From positions 1-64,000 of the forward strand of contig JANHCV010000002.1 in NCBI GenBank assembly GCA_025594325.1: a stretch of DNA of 64,000 nt, written 5' to 3'. Origin of the DNA: Blastocladiella emersonii ATCC 22665 (lineage: Eukaryota; Fungi; Blastocladiomycota). The notes under the pieces are model-generated. The model worked only from the letters and a program-made list of their open reading frames with translations. It was not told where the DNA came from and did no database searches. Numbering within the stretch: position 1 is the stretch's first letter; the number at the start of each line of letters is the position of its first letter. Below are positions 41,817-55,476 of this stretch, in pieces. Both the position numbers and the translations under genes were made by a program.

Positions 41817-44800
41817 ATGCTGAGAGCGTGCAGGAGTCTTGCCGCGCGCCATCGCGTCGCTTTCCGCCTCCCGCAGCGGAACCTGTCGAGCTACGATGCC
41901 GTATGCCACTCCTGCGGGTCCCAGTGCAACAACACCCGCTCACAGGCATAAGCTGTCTAGTCGGCCGTCGAGTCCAAGTGGCAGACGCTGTGGCGCGAAC
42001 AGCCCGCTGCACCGAGAGGCCCCAACCGCGATGGGTCGGCCGACTTCTCCATGGTCTTCCCGCCGCCCAACGTCACAGGGAACCTTCACTGCGGCCACGC
42101 TCTGACCGTCGCCGTCCAGGATGCCATGGTGCGCTGGAACAAGCTGCACGCCCGCTCCGCCAAGTGGATTCCGGGCACCGACCACGCGGGCATCGCGACC
42201 CAGTCGGTCGTGGAGAAGCAGCTCGCCAAGCGCGGATTGGTACGCCATCTACCTTTTTGCGGTCCAAGCGACCTGACTGACCGTCCCCTAACGACACCGT
42301 AGCCGATGCGCCAGGACCTCGGCCGCGACGCCTTCCTCGAGCACGTGTGGGCGTGGAAGAACAAGCACGGCGACCACATCAACTCGCAGCTGCGCGCCCT
42401 TGGCGCCGATTTCGCGTGGAACGACGCCTTCTTCACCCTCGACGCTCCGCGTTCGCGCATCGTTCGCGACGCCTTTGTCGCGCTGCACGACCGCGGCCTC
42501 GTCTACCGCGCCACGCGTCTCGTGCACTGGTGCCCCGCCCTCGAGACCGCCATCTCCGACATGGAGGTCGATCATCTCCAGATCGACGGCCCCACCGAGA
42601 TACGCACCCCGCGCGGCAACGTCACCGCCGGTCTCATGCACCGCTTCGCCTACCCAGTCGAGCCTCTGCCCGGCTCATCCACGGCTGAGACCGAATTCCT
42701 CGAGGTCGCCACCACGCGCGTCGAGACCATGCTCGGCGATATGGCCGTCGCCGTGCACCCGACGGACCCGCGCTACGCCCACCTCGTCGGCCGCACCCTC
42801 CGCCACCCGCTGCGCAGCGACCTGCGCATCCCCGTCATCGCTGATGCACACGTCGACCCAGAGCTCGGCACCGGCGCCGTCAAGGTCACCCCCGCCCACG
42901 ACCCCGACGATTTCGCCATTGGCCAGCGCCACAACCTGCCGTCCATCAGCCTGCTGGACGAGCGCGGCAAGCTCACCGCTGCGGGCGGCGTGCCCGAGTG
43001 GACGGGCCTCGACCGGTTCGCCGTCCGCGCCAAGGTCATTGACCGTCTCTCGAAGCTCAACCTGTACCGCGGCGCGCAGCCGCACACCATGCGCCTCGGC
43101 GTGTGCTCGCGGTCCGGCGACATCATCGAGCCGCGCGTCGTCCCGCAGTGGTACGTGCGGTGCGCGCCCATGGCCAACAAGGTCCTTGAGCGCATCGACC
43201 GCGGCGATCTCGTCGTGCTCGGCACGCACGGGGATACTGCCGGCGTGCACGAGCGCGAACTCGTCCGCTGGCTTGAGTCGATGCAGGACTGGTGTGTGTC
43301 GCGCCAGCTGTGGTGGGGCCACCGCATCCCGGCGTTCCGCGCGCCCGGCGCGACTGGCGAGGACGCCTGGCGCGTGCTGCGCGAGGATCCGCGGCCCGAG
43401 GACGGGCTCGTCCAGGACGCCGACGTGCTCGACACGTGGTTCTCGTCGGCGCTCCTCCCGCTGTCAGCCACCAACCCGGACCTCGACCTGTTCGCGCAGG
43501 CCGATGTGCTGCGCCGCGGCCTCGTCAACTACCCGACGTCGCTCCTCGAGACGGGCCAGGACATTCTCTTCTTCTGGGTCGCGCGCATGGCTATGCTGTG
43601 CACCGAGCTCTCGGGCGACGTGCCGTTCCGCCGCGTGCTGCTCCACGGCATGGTGCGCGACGCCCAGGGCCGCAAGATGTCCAAGTCGCTCGGCAACGTC
43701 GTCGACCCGCTCCACGTCATTCGCGGGCGCGGGCTTGAGGATATGATCGAGGATCTGCGCCAGGGCAACCTCCCCGCTCATGAGGTCGCGCGGTACGCCT
43801 GATCCCTCGGTGGGCTGCCGATGTACGGTTCCTGGTGTGACGGTTCGCGCGCGAGTAGGAGCCAGAAGCAGCTGCGCAAGCAGTTCCCCGAGGGCCTCCC
43901 GAGCTGCGGCGCGGACGCGCTCCGGCTCACGCTGCTCGAGTTCTCCTCGGTACGGTTTCGCAGTGACGAACGTCCGTGGCCCAGCTGACGCTCTCGTACC
44001 CCGCACAGTCGCGCCAAATCAACCTCGACGTGACCAAGATCGTGGCCAACTACCACTTTGCCAATAAGCTGTACAACGTGGCCAAGTTCGCCGCGCCGCG
44101 CGTCGCCACGGACAAGGACACGCCGCTCCCCGCGACGCCGTCGCTCACCGACGCGTGGCTCCTGCACCGCGTCCACTGGGCGCTTGGCGCGTGGAACGCC
44201 GGGTACGAGCAGGGCACGACGGGCCGGCCGACGCAGGCTGCCGTGGAGCTCGTCCTCGCCGATCTGTCGGACACGTACATTGAGTTCACCAAGAAGCTCC
44301 CGGCCACCGAGGCGTCGCCGGCCACCCTCGCCGTCGCGGTCCAGTACGCGCTCGCCCTGCTGCACCCGACCATGCCGCACCTCACGGCCGAGCTGTACGA
44401 CGCGCTCTTCGGGGGCCGCCTCGACGCGCTCGCCCTGGCCGATCTCCCGGCCCTCCCGCCACGCGACCAGCTCGCGCAGCACCACGCGACGTTTGACGAC
44501 GTCTGGTCGGTCGTCCGCGCCCTGCGCAAGCGCCCACACGGGACGCCCGCCGACCAGCCGATCCGCGTGCTCGCGGCGGATGCAGCGGTGCGCGCCGCGC
44601 TGCAGGCGCACGCCGACGACGTTGCGCGCGTCGGCCGTGTCCGCTCCATTGTCGTCGAGGACGGCGCATCCCAGACGACGGGCGCGGGCGTCGTGGTCAT
44701 CAACCCGGACCTGCGCGTCGTGTTCCCCGTGGCGACAGCGGCGGCCGAGCAGCTGTCGGGCGGCGCTAACGCCAAGCTCGTGGCCAAGCTCGAGCAGGAC

Positions 44801-44935
44801 ATTGCTCGACTCGAGGCTATGATGGCCAGCGAAAAGTATGCGGCGTCGGTGCCCGCGCCCGTCCGCGAGCGCGACGCACGCAAGCTGGCGAGCTTCCGCG
44901 ACCGGCTAGCGGCGATGCGCGCTCCTGCGGCCTAG
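41817..44935 (+). CDS. VARS2: Valyl-tRNA synthetase, probably mitochondrial
   Basis: Motifs [73 protein letters not shown]. Four short introns (first 41901-41960, second 42240-42302). Arg-rich, acid-free N-terminal presequence. Confidence 0.92.
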
Positions 44936-45082
44936 TTCTTTCCACCCTTAGAATACATGTAGCTTTCCTGTTTCCGTCTCGGCGATGGCGGTGGCTCAGT
45001 CGGTCGGCGGTTGACGGCACGTCGCGCTCCCACCGTGGCCACCCGCCCTCACATGCAACTCGCGCATGGAAGACTAGACACC

Positions 45083-46795
45083 ATGCAACGATCCTCAGCA
45101 GCCGATCTGCCACGATGGAGACGCGAGGACGATGCAGAGTGTGAGGAGGGCAAGGGGCTCAAGTCGCCGCAAGGGCGCCGTCCGCCCGTCGACCGGCCGA
45201 CGGCCTGGTTTGCCCTCGGCGCCCTGCTCTACCTCGTCTTCTTACTGTTCGCTGGCCGGACAGGGTCCCTCAACGTCGTGCCCGAGTCGGACCCCGACTA
45301 CGCGTATCCAGCAGCTGCCCTCGCCGCGCGCTCCAGCGGCAGTGGACCGCTGCTTGAGGATCTGGCCCTCGACGCGATCGTGCGCGAGCTCCACGACAAG
45401 AGCACGCACGAGATCGAGGAGATGGCGCTCGCTCAGGCCTTCCCGCACCTCCTTCGCGACCTGCCTGCGCTCGTCGCTGGCGGCTGGAACGCAACCTCGC
45501 TCGCCGGCCACGCACAAGCTGCTGCCGCACACCGATCCCTCGTTCGACTCCGCGTCGCCATGCGCCGGAACAACCGAACGCGGATGCCTGCGCTCGACTC
45601 GGCCGCCACTGCGCTCGAGCGGCGCGTCTACCCGTGGCTCCGCCGCCCTCTGTCCCAGCTCAATGCACCCGCGTCCCGAACCGGCGCGCCTTCACGCGGC
45701 CTCGTCGTGACGTGCGGTCGCGGACAGGCCATGACGGCGGCTGCGTCGCTGCGTGCCCTGCGCGAGGGCGTCGGGTCCAGCATCGCGGTGACGATCGCGT
45801 ACGCCGGGGACGCGGATCTGCCGCTCGAGTACCGCGAGGCTCTCGAGCGCTGGATCCCGCGCGGCGACGGGCTCGAGTTCCTTGACCTGACGGCGTGGGT
45901 CGACGAGAGCGCGAAGATGGAGGGCTGGGCCGTGAAACCATTTGGTACGCTTGCGCACTATCGCTCGCCCTAGTCGCTAACGACAGACGTTCGTGTAGCG
46001 CTCTTGCTCGCGCCGTACGACCACGCGATCCTCATCGACGCCGACGTGTATTGGCTGCAGCCGCCCGAGACCTTGTTCACGGACCCGGGCTACCTCGCGA
46101 CGGGCGCGCTCTTCTTCCACGACCGCACCGTCGGCGCCGCGCGCGATCTCGCGACCTGGGCCGAGTCGTGGCTCCCCGCCCCGTCATCCCACGCGCGCGC
46201 GCTGCGGTCGTGGCGCGGCCTATCGCTGCACGAGCAGGAGAGCGGCGTCGTAGCCGTGGACCGCACCGTGTCGCTCCCCGCGCTCGCGGCCGCCGCCTCG
46301 CTCAACGCGCGCCCGCTGCGCGACGCCGTCTACGCGCACATCCACGGCGACAAGGAGACGTTCTGGCTCGCGTGGGAGGCCGTGAGCGCGCAGTACGCGT
46401 TCGTGCCCGGGTTCGGGTCCGCCATCGGCCGGCCACCGCCACCGCCCGCTACGCCGGCCGGGTTCCGGTACCCCGAGGGCAAGACCGTGTGCGGCGGCCT
46501 GCTGCACGCCGACCGCGCTGGGAACCCGCTGTGGTTCAACGGCGGGCTCGAGGTCGACAAGTGGGCGCAGCCCGGCCGCCTGCTCCGCTTCTCGCACTAC
46601 CTGCTGGACAACGACGCGGCCAACGTCGCGTGGATGTACGGCGCGTCGTCGCCGGAGGGGTACTGTCTCGCCAAGTTTGGCGTGCGCGCGGTGCCCGTCG
46701 CGCTCGAGCAGGGCATGATCGCGCTGCTCGACGGGTTCCTGGTGATCTACAATGCAACCATTGCGAGCGGGGTGTGGGCGGGGAAGCTGAGCTAG
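45083..46795 (+). CDS. GT71 (Mnn1/Mnn2-family) mannosyltransferase
   Basis: Type II TM anchor, intron 45945-45998, motifs GWAVKPFALL, ILIDADV, TGALFFHDRT, EQESGVV, HGDKETFWLAWE. Confidence 0.88.
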
Positions 46796-46870
46796 ACTTT
46801 TATATATCAATTTGTTCGCATCATGTTTCCTAGTGTTCCGGTACAGTCACGCTCGCCCTCGCAGCGGAAG

Positions 46871-49083
46871 CTACGCCTTGAACGCGACCGCGACGGGCGG
46901 GATCCCGGGCGCCGAAGGCCCGAACCCGACCGCCTTCTCGGCCTGCGCGCGCGTCTTGTACTTGAGCGAGAGGGCAATGGTGCCGTCGTCGGTCGTTGGC
47001 GGCACGTCGACGACCTGGTCCACGTCGCCGTACGACGCAAACTGCTTGATGACCGCGTCCTTGGCGTCGGCCGGGATCGACGACACGACCACCGTCGTGG
47101 GCCGCAGGTCGAGCGAGTACTTGGCCGTGACCGCGGGCCAGCTCTGCACGGGCGCCGCGTGCGCGTGCGGGTGCGCGTGCGCGAACGGGTGCGCGGGTGG
47201 CGGGCCGCCGCGGAGCTTGGGCTTGACGGGCGCAGCTGCCGGCGCGGCGGGGGCAGTGCCGTCCGAGGCCTCGCTCATGGCCACGTCGGGGGTCGGGCCA
47301 TCGCCGTTGGCGCGCTTGGACAGCAGCTCGAGCTCGCGGTCGAGCACGGCGCGCTTCTTCTCCTCGGCGACCTCGGCGAGGAGGTGCGGGACCAGGGGCG
47401 CGGTGCGCGGGTCCGTGACGAGGCGGAGCTTGAGGTCGTCGATCTGCTTGTTGAGCTGCGTGACCATGCCCTGGAACTCGCGCGCCTTGGCCTCGTCGAA
47501 GGCCACGGCCGCGAGCTTCTCCTGCACCGTAGTGCGCATCTTGTTGAGCTTCTCGAGCGTCGCCGTCTGCTTCTTGACGAGCTCGACCAGCTCCTCGGAC
47601 GGGGGCGGGATCGGGAGCCCCGTGTACGGGTCGTACGCGACGGGCGCCGCGGCGCCGGGTGGTGGGTATGCATACGCGAAGCCCGTGTACGCGGCGCCGG
47701 CGTGGCGCGACGGGAACGTGGGCCGGTCGCGATGGGCATGGCGCGGCGCGTCGAGCCCGTCAGCGGACGCGGCGGCGGCCGCAGCATCGTAGAAGAAGAC
47801 CTTGATGAAGCGGTTGGCGAAGATCGGGTCGGGCGACGAGTGCGCGGCCGTGGCCTCGTCGACGGATGCAAACGTGACGATGGCGCGGTCGCCCGACTCG
47901 GGCAGCTCGACCGTCTCGATGCGGCCGAACCGGGCAAAGTACTCGGTGATGGCGGTCTGCGAGAGGTGCTCGGCGGGCACGTTCTCGACGAGCACGGCGT
48001 TGGTGGGCTCGCGTACGCGGCCGCCCGACCAGAACCGGTTGGGTCCGCTCGTGTTCCCGCCGCGGCGCGGGGCGCCGGCGTACCCGCCACGCGACGACGG
48101 GTACGGGTAGCCGTTCCCGGACGCGCTGCCGTCGCGGTCGCGGTCGCCGTAGCCTCCCGAGTGCTGCTGCTGCTGCTGGCGCTGGGCCTCGTCCTGCATG
48201 CGGCGCTGCTCGATCTCCTCGCGTGTCAGGTGCTCGAAGATGCAGTTCTCGCCACGCGGGCACGTTCCGTCCGCTACACAGGTGGTACGCGTGTGAGATG
48301 GATCGGGGGTTACGCGTGTATCGCCGTCAAGTACCCTCAAAGGCCCAGCACGTCTTGCGCCGCCGTCCGGGGCCAAACTGGCGCGGGTGCTGCTGCTGGT
48401 CGTGGTGCTGCTGATCGTGCTGCTGGTGCTGCTGCTGGTGACGCTGGCCGGGCCGCGTGCCGAGGCGCGACATGTCAAAGGCCTGCGGGCGCGGCGGGAG
48501 GGCCTGGGGTTGTGGGCGGTGGTCGGGCTGGTCGCGCATGAAGCGCTGCTCGAGCTGGCTGCGGCGGTCCGCGGCACCGACGAAGCCCAGGCCCTGCTCC
48601 ATGACGCCAAAGGCCTGGGGCTGGGCGAGGCGGCCGGCGCGGGTGGGCGACGCGACGTGCACGACGTAGTGCGGCTGCTGCTGCTGCTGCTGCACCACGG
48701 GCTGGGCCAGCGGGGCGGGCACGCGCGGCGGCTGGACGCGGATGGGCGAGGGCGGCGTGGGCGCGCGCGGGAGGTACGACTGCGACCCGAGGCTGTGGAA
48801 GAGCATGTCGACGAAGTTGACCGTGTCTACGCGATTGCGGGTCGGCGGAGGTCAGCAGCGCGTCTCCATGGCGTCGGGCTGAAGAGATAGACGTACGGTT
48901 GGCCAGAAAGTCGCTCAGCTGCTCGACGCAGAAGGCGCGCAGCTCGACGGGCGACATGTCGTGGCGGAGCAGCGCGAGCACATACTCGCTCAGCACCTTG
49001 GGGTCGGCCTCGCACAGGTTGGCCAGCTTGGACTGGATCCACTGCATGAGCAGGTCGACATTGGCCTCGTCGAAGAGCGGCAT
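46871..49083 (-). CDS. RBM26: RBM26/RBM27-like PWI + CCCH + RRM RNA-binding protein
   Basis: PWI (WIQSKLANLCEADPKVLSEYVLALL). CCCH restored across intron 48334-48274 (CWAFEADGTCPRGENCIFEH). RRMs with PIFANRFIKVF. First intron 48896-48827. Confidence 0.85.
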
Positions 49084-49479
49084 CGTGGCGACGACTGGGC
49101 GGGTAGGGGTAGGGGGGTATCCCGGGTCGGGCGGGTGTCGATTGCGTGGCAGCAGGCGGCGCAGGGAGCGGCTCCAGGGGCACGGGCGCGAGTGCGGGCA
49201 GTGTCTGGGTGCAGCGTCGTGCACGGGCGGATGCAGCGGGAAGAGGTCGGGCAGGGAACCGAGCGGAGACGGAGGAGGAGACGACTGGTCGCGCGAACGT
49301 GGCCTCACCTGATGCCGTCGCGTCGCGCGTCGCGTTCGTTTTGGTCGCGTCTCCCCGCCCGAGAACAACCGTCACAAAATGACCCGGATTTCCTTTCTTG
49401 TTCACACCAAAAGGGCTCAGAGTATACAATAGTTCCGCCGCTGTGTGCAGCGGACCTCGCCGGGTGGGCAGTCCACGGC

Positions 49480-50801
49480 CTAGGACTTGGTCGGCAGCGG
49501 CGCGAGCGTGACCGAGCCCTGCGCTCCACTGCCGCCGCCACCAGCACCAGCACCGCCGGTCCCCGCCGCAGGCGCCGGGTGGCGCAGCGCGTGGATCATG
49601 GCTCGCATGCGCGCCGAGGGAGCGCGCGGCACGTTCATCTCGACAATCGACTTTATCGGGTACGAGTGGCACGACGCGCCGACGGGCCGGAACCGCTCGT
49701 GGCTGTCGCTCTGGTGCTCCTTGGCCGCCTGCACCTTCTCGCGCACCGCCGCCTCGATCTCCGTCTTGGCCGGGTGCGGGTTGTGCGCCTTGTACTCGGG
49801 GAACGTGTTGAGGTACGGCTGCGAGTGCGACGGCGGCCGCCACGGCACCTCGGGCGGCTTCGACTTGGTCTTGTCGCCGATCGTAAACGGCGCTACACGT
49901 TCCTTCGTTAGTACTCGCTCTACTTGCACGTCACTCGGTGACACACGTACACGCCCCGACAAACGGGTTGTTGTCAAAGTACGGCTTCTCGTGCGACGAC
50001 CCGACAAACGCCTTGCTGTCGACACACATCTTCTTGCTCTGCTCGGCCGCCTTGACGTTGAGCTCCTGCTCGCGGTTGTACGGCGTGCTCATGTACCCGG
50101 GCAGCTTGCCGATCGTGCCCTCGACGAACCCGTACCCGCCGTACTTTGGCGGCGACGTGTAGAAGTTGCGCAGCGACGGCTCCACCACTGTCTCCTTTTC
50201 GGGCGCCAGCGGCAGCGCCGACTTGCTGTCCTTGATCGGGTACTGCTGCGAGATGGTCCCGTAGATGGACCCTACACGCATCGATACAGTCAGTCGACAC
50301 TCTCGGCGAGGACCGACCGAGAAACGTACCCTTGCCGCTCGCCTTGGGCGGCACGTTGGACGGCCGGAACCCGGCCGGGACCAGGTTGCGCTGGCTCTGC
50401 TCGCGCCGGTACTGCCGCCGCACGAGCACCAGATCAGAGTACCCTTCGCCCTACACGACGCTCCTCGACCCGGCGTGTCAGACCGCCTCCTTTTCACACG
50501 CGGGAGAAGCCGTGCGTACCTGGAACGCGCGAGCGTACTCCTTGGAAAAGTAGGTCCCCTCCTTGGCCGGCGACGTGGTGAATTGCTTGCCAATCTCCTG
50601 GGCTACACAGCGAGCGACCGCCTCGATGTAAGCGACGCCCATGAAAATGTCACCGTAGCAGGCGCACGCACGCTTCTTGGACGGGGGCAGTGGCGGCGAC
50701 TTGAGGTAGCCGAGCTCGCTGAACAGGCCCATGCGCTCTATCGCCAGGCGCCGGCCGTCCTCGGCCCCGTCGAGGTTCCCAAACTTGCTCTTCTTCCCCA
50801 T
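49480..50801 (-). CDS. CFAP96: Cilia- and flagella-associated protein 96 (C4orf47/UPF0602-like), multi-exon
   Basis: Motifs ERMGLFSELGYL, YFSKEYARAF, YGTI, NFYTSPPKYGGYG, YFDNNPF, PIKSIVEMNVPR resemble my recollection of C4orf47. Confidence 0.75.
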
Positions 50802-51352
50802 GATGGCTGAGAAGCAGAGTCGTTGGGAGGGGCCCGTGGGCGAGCGTGTGGACCGCGATGTCGAAGGCGAGTCGAGAGTTGAATCGAGTGGGTATAGACG
50901 ACGGTAGTCTCGGTCACGGAGCCAGTGGCAGTCGCATCAAGTGACGTTGTGGATATCCATGAATGACTCCGAGGAGGGAGGACATTGCTGAAGCAAGGTG
51001 ATTATGCGCGGTTGCGCCAAGTTTCCCGTCAGGCGGGATGCATGGGTGGGAGCCTCGCTTCGGATACGGTTTGGATTGCCTCGCGATCCCCATTTCATGA
51101 GGTTTTGGGTCTGGAGCTGCTTGACACAATGTGTCCCAACAGTATGAGCTCGCGACCGCGGTTTCGCGCCGACGCGAGGTGCGAGACGCGTCGGACAATC
51201 GCGTGACCCGCGGAGACAATCTTCCTCTCGCTAACCTCGAACCGTCTCGCCACCACGCGCCGGTTCCCCGGCACCTCTGCGACAACAAGGAGAGGGAGGA
51301 TCAATAAGTTAATCTACAGCAATACATTGTGTTTGTGGGGTGTGCAAGAATA

Positions 51353-52717
51353 CTACTTGCGGGCGACCGGCTTGGCGGTCATGCCAGCCGCCGCGGCGTC
51401 GGCGGCCGCCTTCTTCTGCTCGGCCATCATTTTCTCGTGGGCCTCGCGGCCCGCGTTGAAGGAGGTGCGGAAGGCCTCAACGAAGCCCATCTTCTTGGGG
51501 ACACCCGAGGGGTCGACGGGCTCGTGCTTGACGAGCTGCGGGATGCCAAAGCGCTCGCGCACGGCCGGGTTCTTGAGGGCGATGGCCTGGGCAACCGTGA
51601 ACATGTTGGACGTGGTCCAGTAGATGAACACACCCTACGAGAAGCGCGATCGAACAGGTGAGTGTTGGGTGGGCTGCGCGTCGTGGGACACCGGCGAAAA
51701 CGTACAGCGGGCATGGAGGCGGTGAGCGGGATCATGGCGAGACCGAGGAAGCGCAGGGCGGAGCGCATGCTGTCGGCCTGGGCGTTGGAGACACCGGTCT
51801 CGGCATTCATTTCGAGCACGGTGAGGAAGCCGGCCGAGGCGACGACGGGGAGGACGTAGTAGGGGTCGGCGACGCCGAGGTCGAGGATCCAGCCGAAGCC
51901 GCCCTCCTTGAAGGACGGGATGCCGGCCTCGGCGATGCCGCGGATGGCAAGGAAGAAGGAGAACATGATCGGGGCCTGGATCATGGGCATGGCGAGGGCC
52001 TTGAGCGGGTTCACGTTGTTCTTGGCGAACAGCTCCTGGGCCTGCTGGGCGGCGAGCTGCACCTTCATGGTGTCGTGGGTGGCCTTGGCCTTCTGCATCT
52101 CGGAGGTGATGCGGTCGAGCTCGGGCTTGATGTTGGCCATGACGGCGGCGTTGCGCTGCAGCTTGATCATGACAGGCGACAGCACCAGGCGCAGGCCAAT
52201 GGTCACGACGGCGATCGAGCCCCACCACGGGAGGCCAGTGCTGACGTGCATGAACTCAAGCGCGGTCTGGACCCAGCCGACGGGCGTCCAGTTCGAGGCG
52301 AGGCCAGCGGCCTTGAGGCCACCGTAGGCATGCACGGCGGAGGTGGCCATCTCCACGGACGCCACGTTCACGGACGCATCGATGGCGGCGGCGGCAGCAG
52401 CAGCCACGGGCTGGGCGGCGGCGGCTACCGAGTCGGCGACCTGCGCGGCCGCGGAGACGACGGGCGAGGCGACCTCGGCAGCGGCGGCGATCGACGAGTT
52501 GTAGCGGGCCGTCGACGCGGGGAAGCGCAGCGAGTGGGCGGCGAGCGCGGGCACGGCGACGCTACACACGGCATTGGATCAGCATCTCGCTCGTGGGACC
52601 TCGGCTGGGGCGAGATCGGGGCGCATACCGCTGGGTCAGGGCAGCGAACCCGGCGGGGCGGTGGGCCGCGCGCATGGCGGCCGACACGGCGAGGCGGCCA
52701 CGGAGGAGGGCGGACAT
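51353..52717 (-). CDS. OXA1: Mitochondrial inner-membrane insertase Oxa1
   Basis: Presequence MSALLRGRLAVSAAMR. Motifs TGLPWWGSIAVVTIGLRLVLSP, QAPIMFSFFLAIR, WILDLGVADPYYVLP, FIYWTTSN. Two introns. Confidence 0.92.
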
Positions 52718-53002
52718 GGTCGATGCGTTGCAGTCGGTTACGCTGCGTCGTCGCAGGTGCGTCACCTGCTCTCGGATTCGTCCGTCGTCGCGGCGGATTC
52801 CCCCGTGCGCGGCGAGCGGCAGCGGAAGCATCGGCGGCGTGTTGACGGCGGCCACGTGACGCATCGGTGGGGGCACCGCGTGGCGTGGCGCGTCGGGGAC
52901 CCTGTTGCTGCGCGTGCGCGTTGCCTCGCGATAAGGTTCGCGCTTCGCTTGCACGCGGCCCTCGCTCTCCCAACCCACCGAACTTGTATGAGACGAATGA
53001 AC

Positions 53003-55193
53003 ATGTCGAGCCCGAAGATCAAAACGGAGCCCGTGGCCGCGCCCGCCTCGCCGCTGCCCACCCCGCTACCCACCTCGCCCTCCCGCCCGGAGCGCGCGTC
53101 CACGCCGCCGCCGGATGCAGTGCGCACCCTCAAGCGCGGCTTCCACCCGCCGGCCTCCCCGTTGCTCGCGCGCGTCAAGGTCGAGCCTGTCGCCGTCCCG
53201 CCGGGCCCCGCCGCCGGGCCGCACCGTGCCCGCGAGCGCTTCACGCGCCCCGGGTCGCCGTGCGAGAGCCGCCCCGCCAAGCGCGTCAAGCTCGTGGTGG
53301 ATGTGGAGGACGACGAGGGCGCTGACCCTGTGCACGGGTTCGACGACGTCCAGTACAGTGAAACGCAGCAGCGCGCAATCGACCTCATCCTCGGCGGCAG
53401 CAACGTGCTCGTGCACGGTCCTGGAGGAAGCGGCAAGTCGTACGTCGCCTACCAGGCCGCTTGACTGCTCGCAGAGCGTGGCAAGACGGTCGCCGTGACC
53501 GCGACCACGGGGGTTGCTGCGGTACGCATTCCATTCCTCGCCATCGCTATCGACTCATCGTCAACCATGTGCTGACGCCGACTCATCTAGGTGGGCGTCG
53601 AGGGCCAGACGCTGCACAACTGGTCGGCCATCGGCTGCGGCCCCGCCAACCTGCCCGCGGCCGACGACGACCGCTCCGTCTTCCAGCGCATGGGCCACGT
53701 CTTTGACGAGAACCAGCAGGACCCCGCCATGGTCAACATGCGCAACACGGACGTGCTCATCATCGACGAGGTCTCCATGCTCAACGCGCCGCTCTTCGAG
53801 TTCCTCAACGCGCGCCTGCAGAGCATCCGCGGCTACCGCGCGCCCGAGCCTGCCCCCGGCGAGCTGCCCCGCTCCGAGCAGCTCTTTGGAGGCATCCAGC
53901 TCATTCTCGTCGGAGGTGCGCCGCTGTCTCGACCGCACGCTCGCCCACGAGTTGATCACTGACCCTCAGTCGGGCAATGTAGACTTCTTCCAGCTCCCGC
54001 CCATCAACGACGGCAGCTTGCGGGGCAACCTCCACTACGTCTTTCAGGCGCCGTCCTTTGTCGCCGCCAACATCCCCGTTGTCGAGCTCGAGACCAACTT
54101 CCGCTTCGGCCAGGCCTGCAAGACCCACAACGACCGCGACGTCCGGTTCCAGAACATGCTCGGCGTCATGCGCACCGCGGGCGACCTCGGCCTCTCCGCC
54201 GACCACCTCAAACTTCTGCGCGAGCTCGAGCGCCCGCTCCCGCGCGCCCACGACGACGACCCGGACCCGGTCCACCTGTTCGCCACCAACGCCGAGGTCC
54301 ACGCCTACAACGCCGCGTGCCAGATGAAGCTTGCCAACGCCCCCGGCCGCATCTACTACGCCGAGGACTGGGAGCACCCCGATACCAAGACGTTCCCGCA
54401 CCCGCTCGTGTCTCTCACCCACGGCGCCGCGAGCCACACGGAAAAGAAGCTCGAGCTCCACAATGGAACTTTCGTCATGTGCGTCAAGAACACGGACGTG
54501 CACGTCCCGCGCGACGACGCGAGCGGCGAGCCTGACCTGTCGCAGCCCGCCGAGGCCACCAGCCCGACCTCGCCGGCATCGCCGCGCTGCTCGTCTGTTT
54601 CGTCAGACGGCAAGTCGACGATCCACGCGCTGAGCAACGGGATGCGCGGCCGAGTCACGGGCTTCGACGCGTTCAACAACCCGGTCGTGCACTTCGAGGC
54701 GGCCGGGTGGCGGCCCGCCTTCACCACGGCGGTCCCGCGCGCCACGTTCGAGCTCTCGCAGCGCGCGCCGCCGCCCGCCACCGCCACGCGGGTCTTCGGC
54801 CGCCGTCCGCTCGGCCAGCGCGTCGTGGTTGCCACGCGCACGCAGATCCCGCTCGCGGTCGCGTTCGGCATCAACGTCCACCGCGCGCAGGGCCTGACGC
54901 TCGAGCGCGCCGTCATGGACCTGGCGCGCGTGTTCGGCCCGCATATGGTGTACGTCGCGCTGTGCCGCATGCGCAGCGCCGACGGGCTCCAAATCTGCCA
55001 CCTCGACACCCGCAAGATCACGGTCGACGAGCGCGTCGTCAGCTGGTGGCGCGAGCACCAGATCACCGAGGCCGACGAGGAGGAGGCCGCATCGCAGTTT
55101 GTCCTGTCGCAGATCGAGGCCGAGGAGGAGGACGAGGAGTCGGAGCTGTCCAGTCAGTACGAGTCCGGGCTGCTTCATCCAGCGGCCTGCTAG
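53003..55193 (+). pseudogene. PIF1: Pif1-family helicase copy 1, with in-frame TGA at 53462-53464 (pseudogene or readthrough allele)
   Basis: GPGGSGKS, TATTG, IIDEVSML, FGGIQ..GDFFQLPP, NGMRGRV, QIPL...HRAQGLTL, YVALCR. Introns 53522-53590 and 53916-53982. A single nonsense codon follows Walker A. Confidence 0.75.
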
Positions 55194-55476
55194 CGGGCCG
55201 CGAGGCAGACAACCTGTATATACTACTCACGTGTACTCTTTGACCCTTGAGCTCTCGCGACTGGGCTCGTCGCTTGCCGCCATCCATGGCGCTTCCCAAG
55301 GTCGGGTCTCCGCGTAGATCCTGCTCGCCTCCTGAGGGGCCTGTTCTTTGACGCGCGCCGATCCATCGCGACCGTCCGCTGTTTGTCGTCACGGCACCAC
55401 GCCGGAGCGACCCGTCTCTCTGCCTCGAAGACTCGACGAGGAGGGACCGACTGACTTGACTTGCATGATCGCCAAA

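Noticed and set aside
42076-42098. ValRS HIGH motif reads HCGH
   Set aside because: The second position of HIGH varies across class I synthetases, so this is not evidence of altered function.
53440-53476. Tiny intron (GTACGT...GCAG) that could remove the Pif1 TGA
   Set aside because: The lengths are 35 or 37 nt, so splicing would shift the frame and delete the conserved helix after Walker A. They are also shorter than every other intron seen here.
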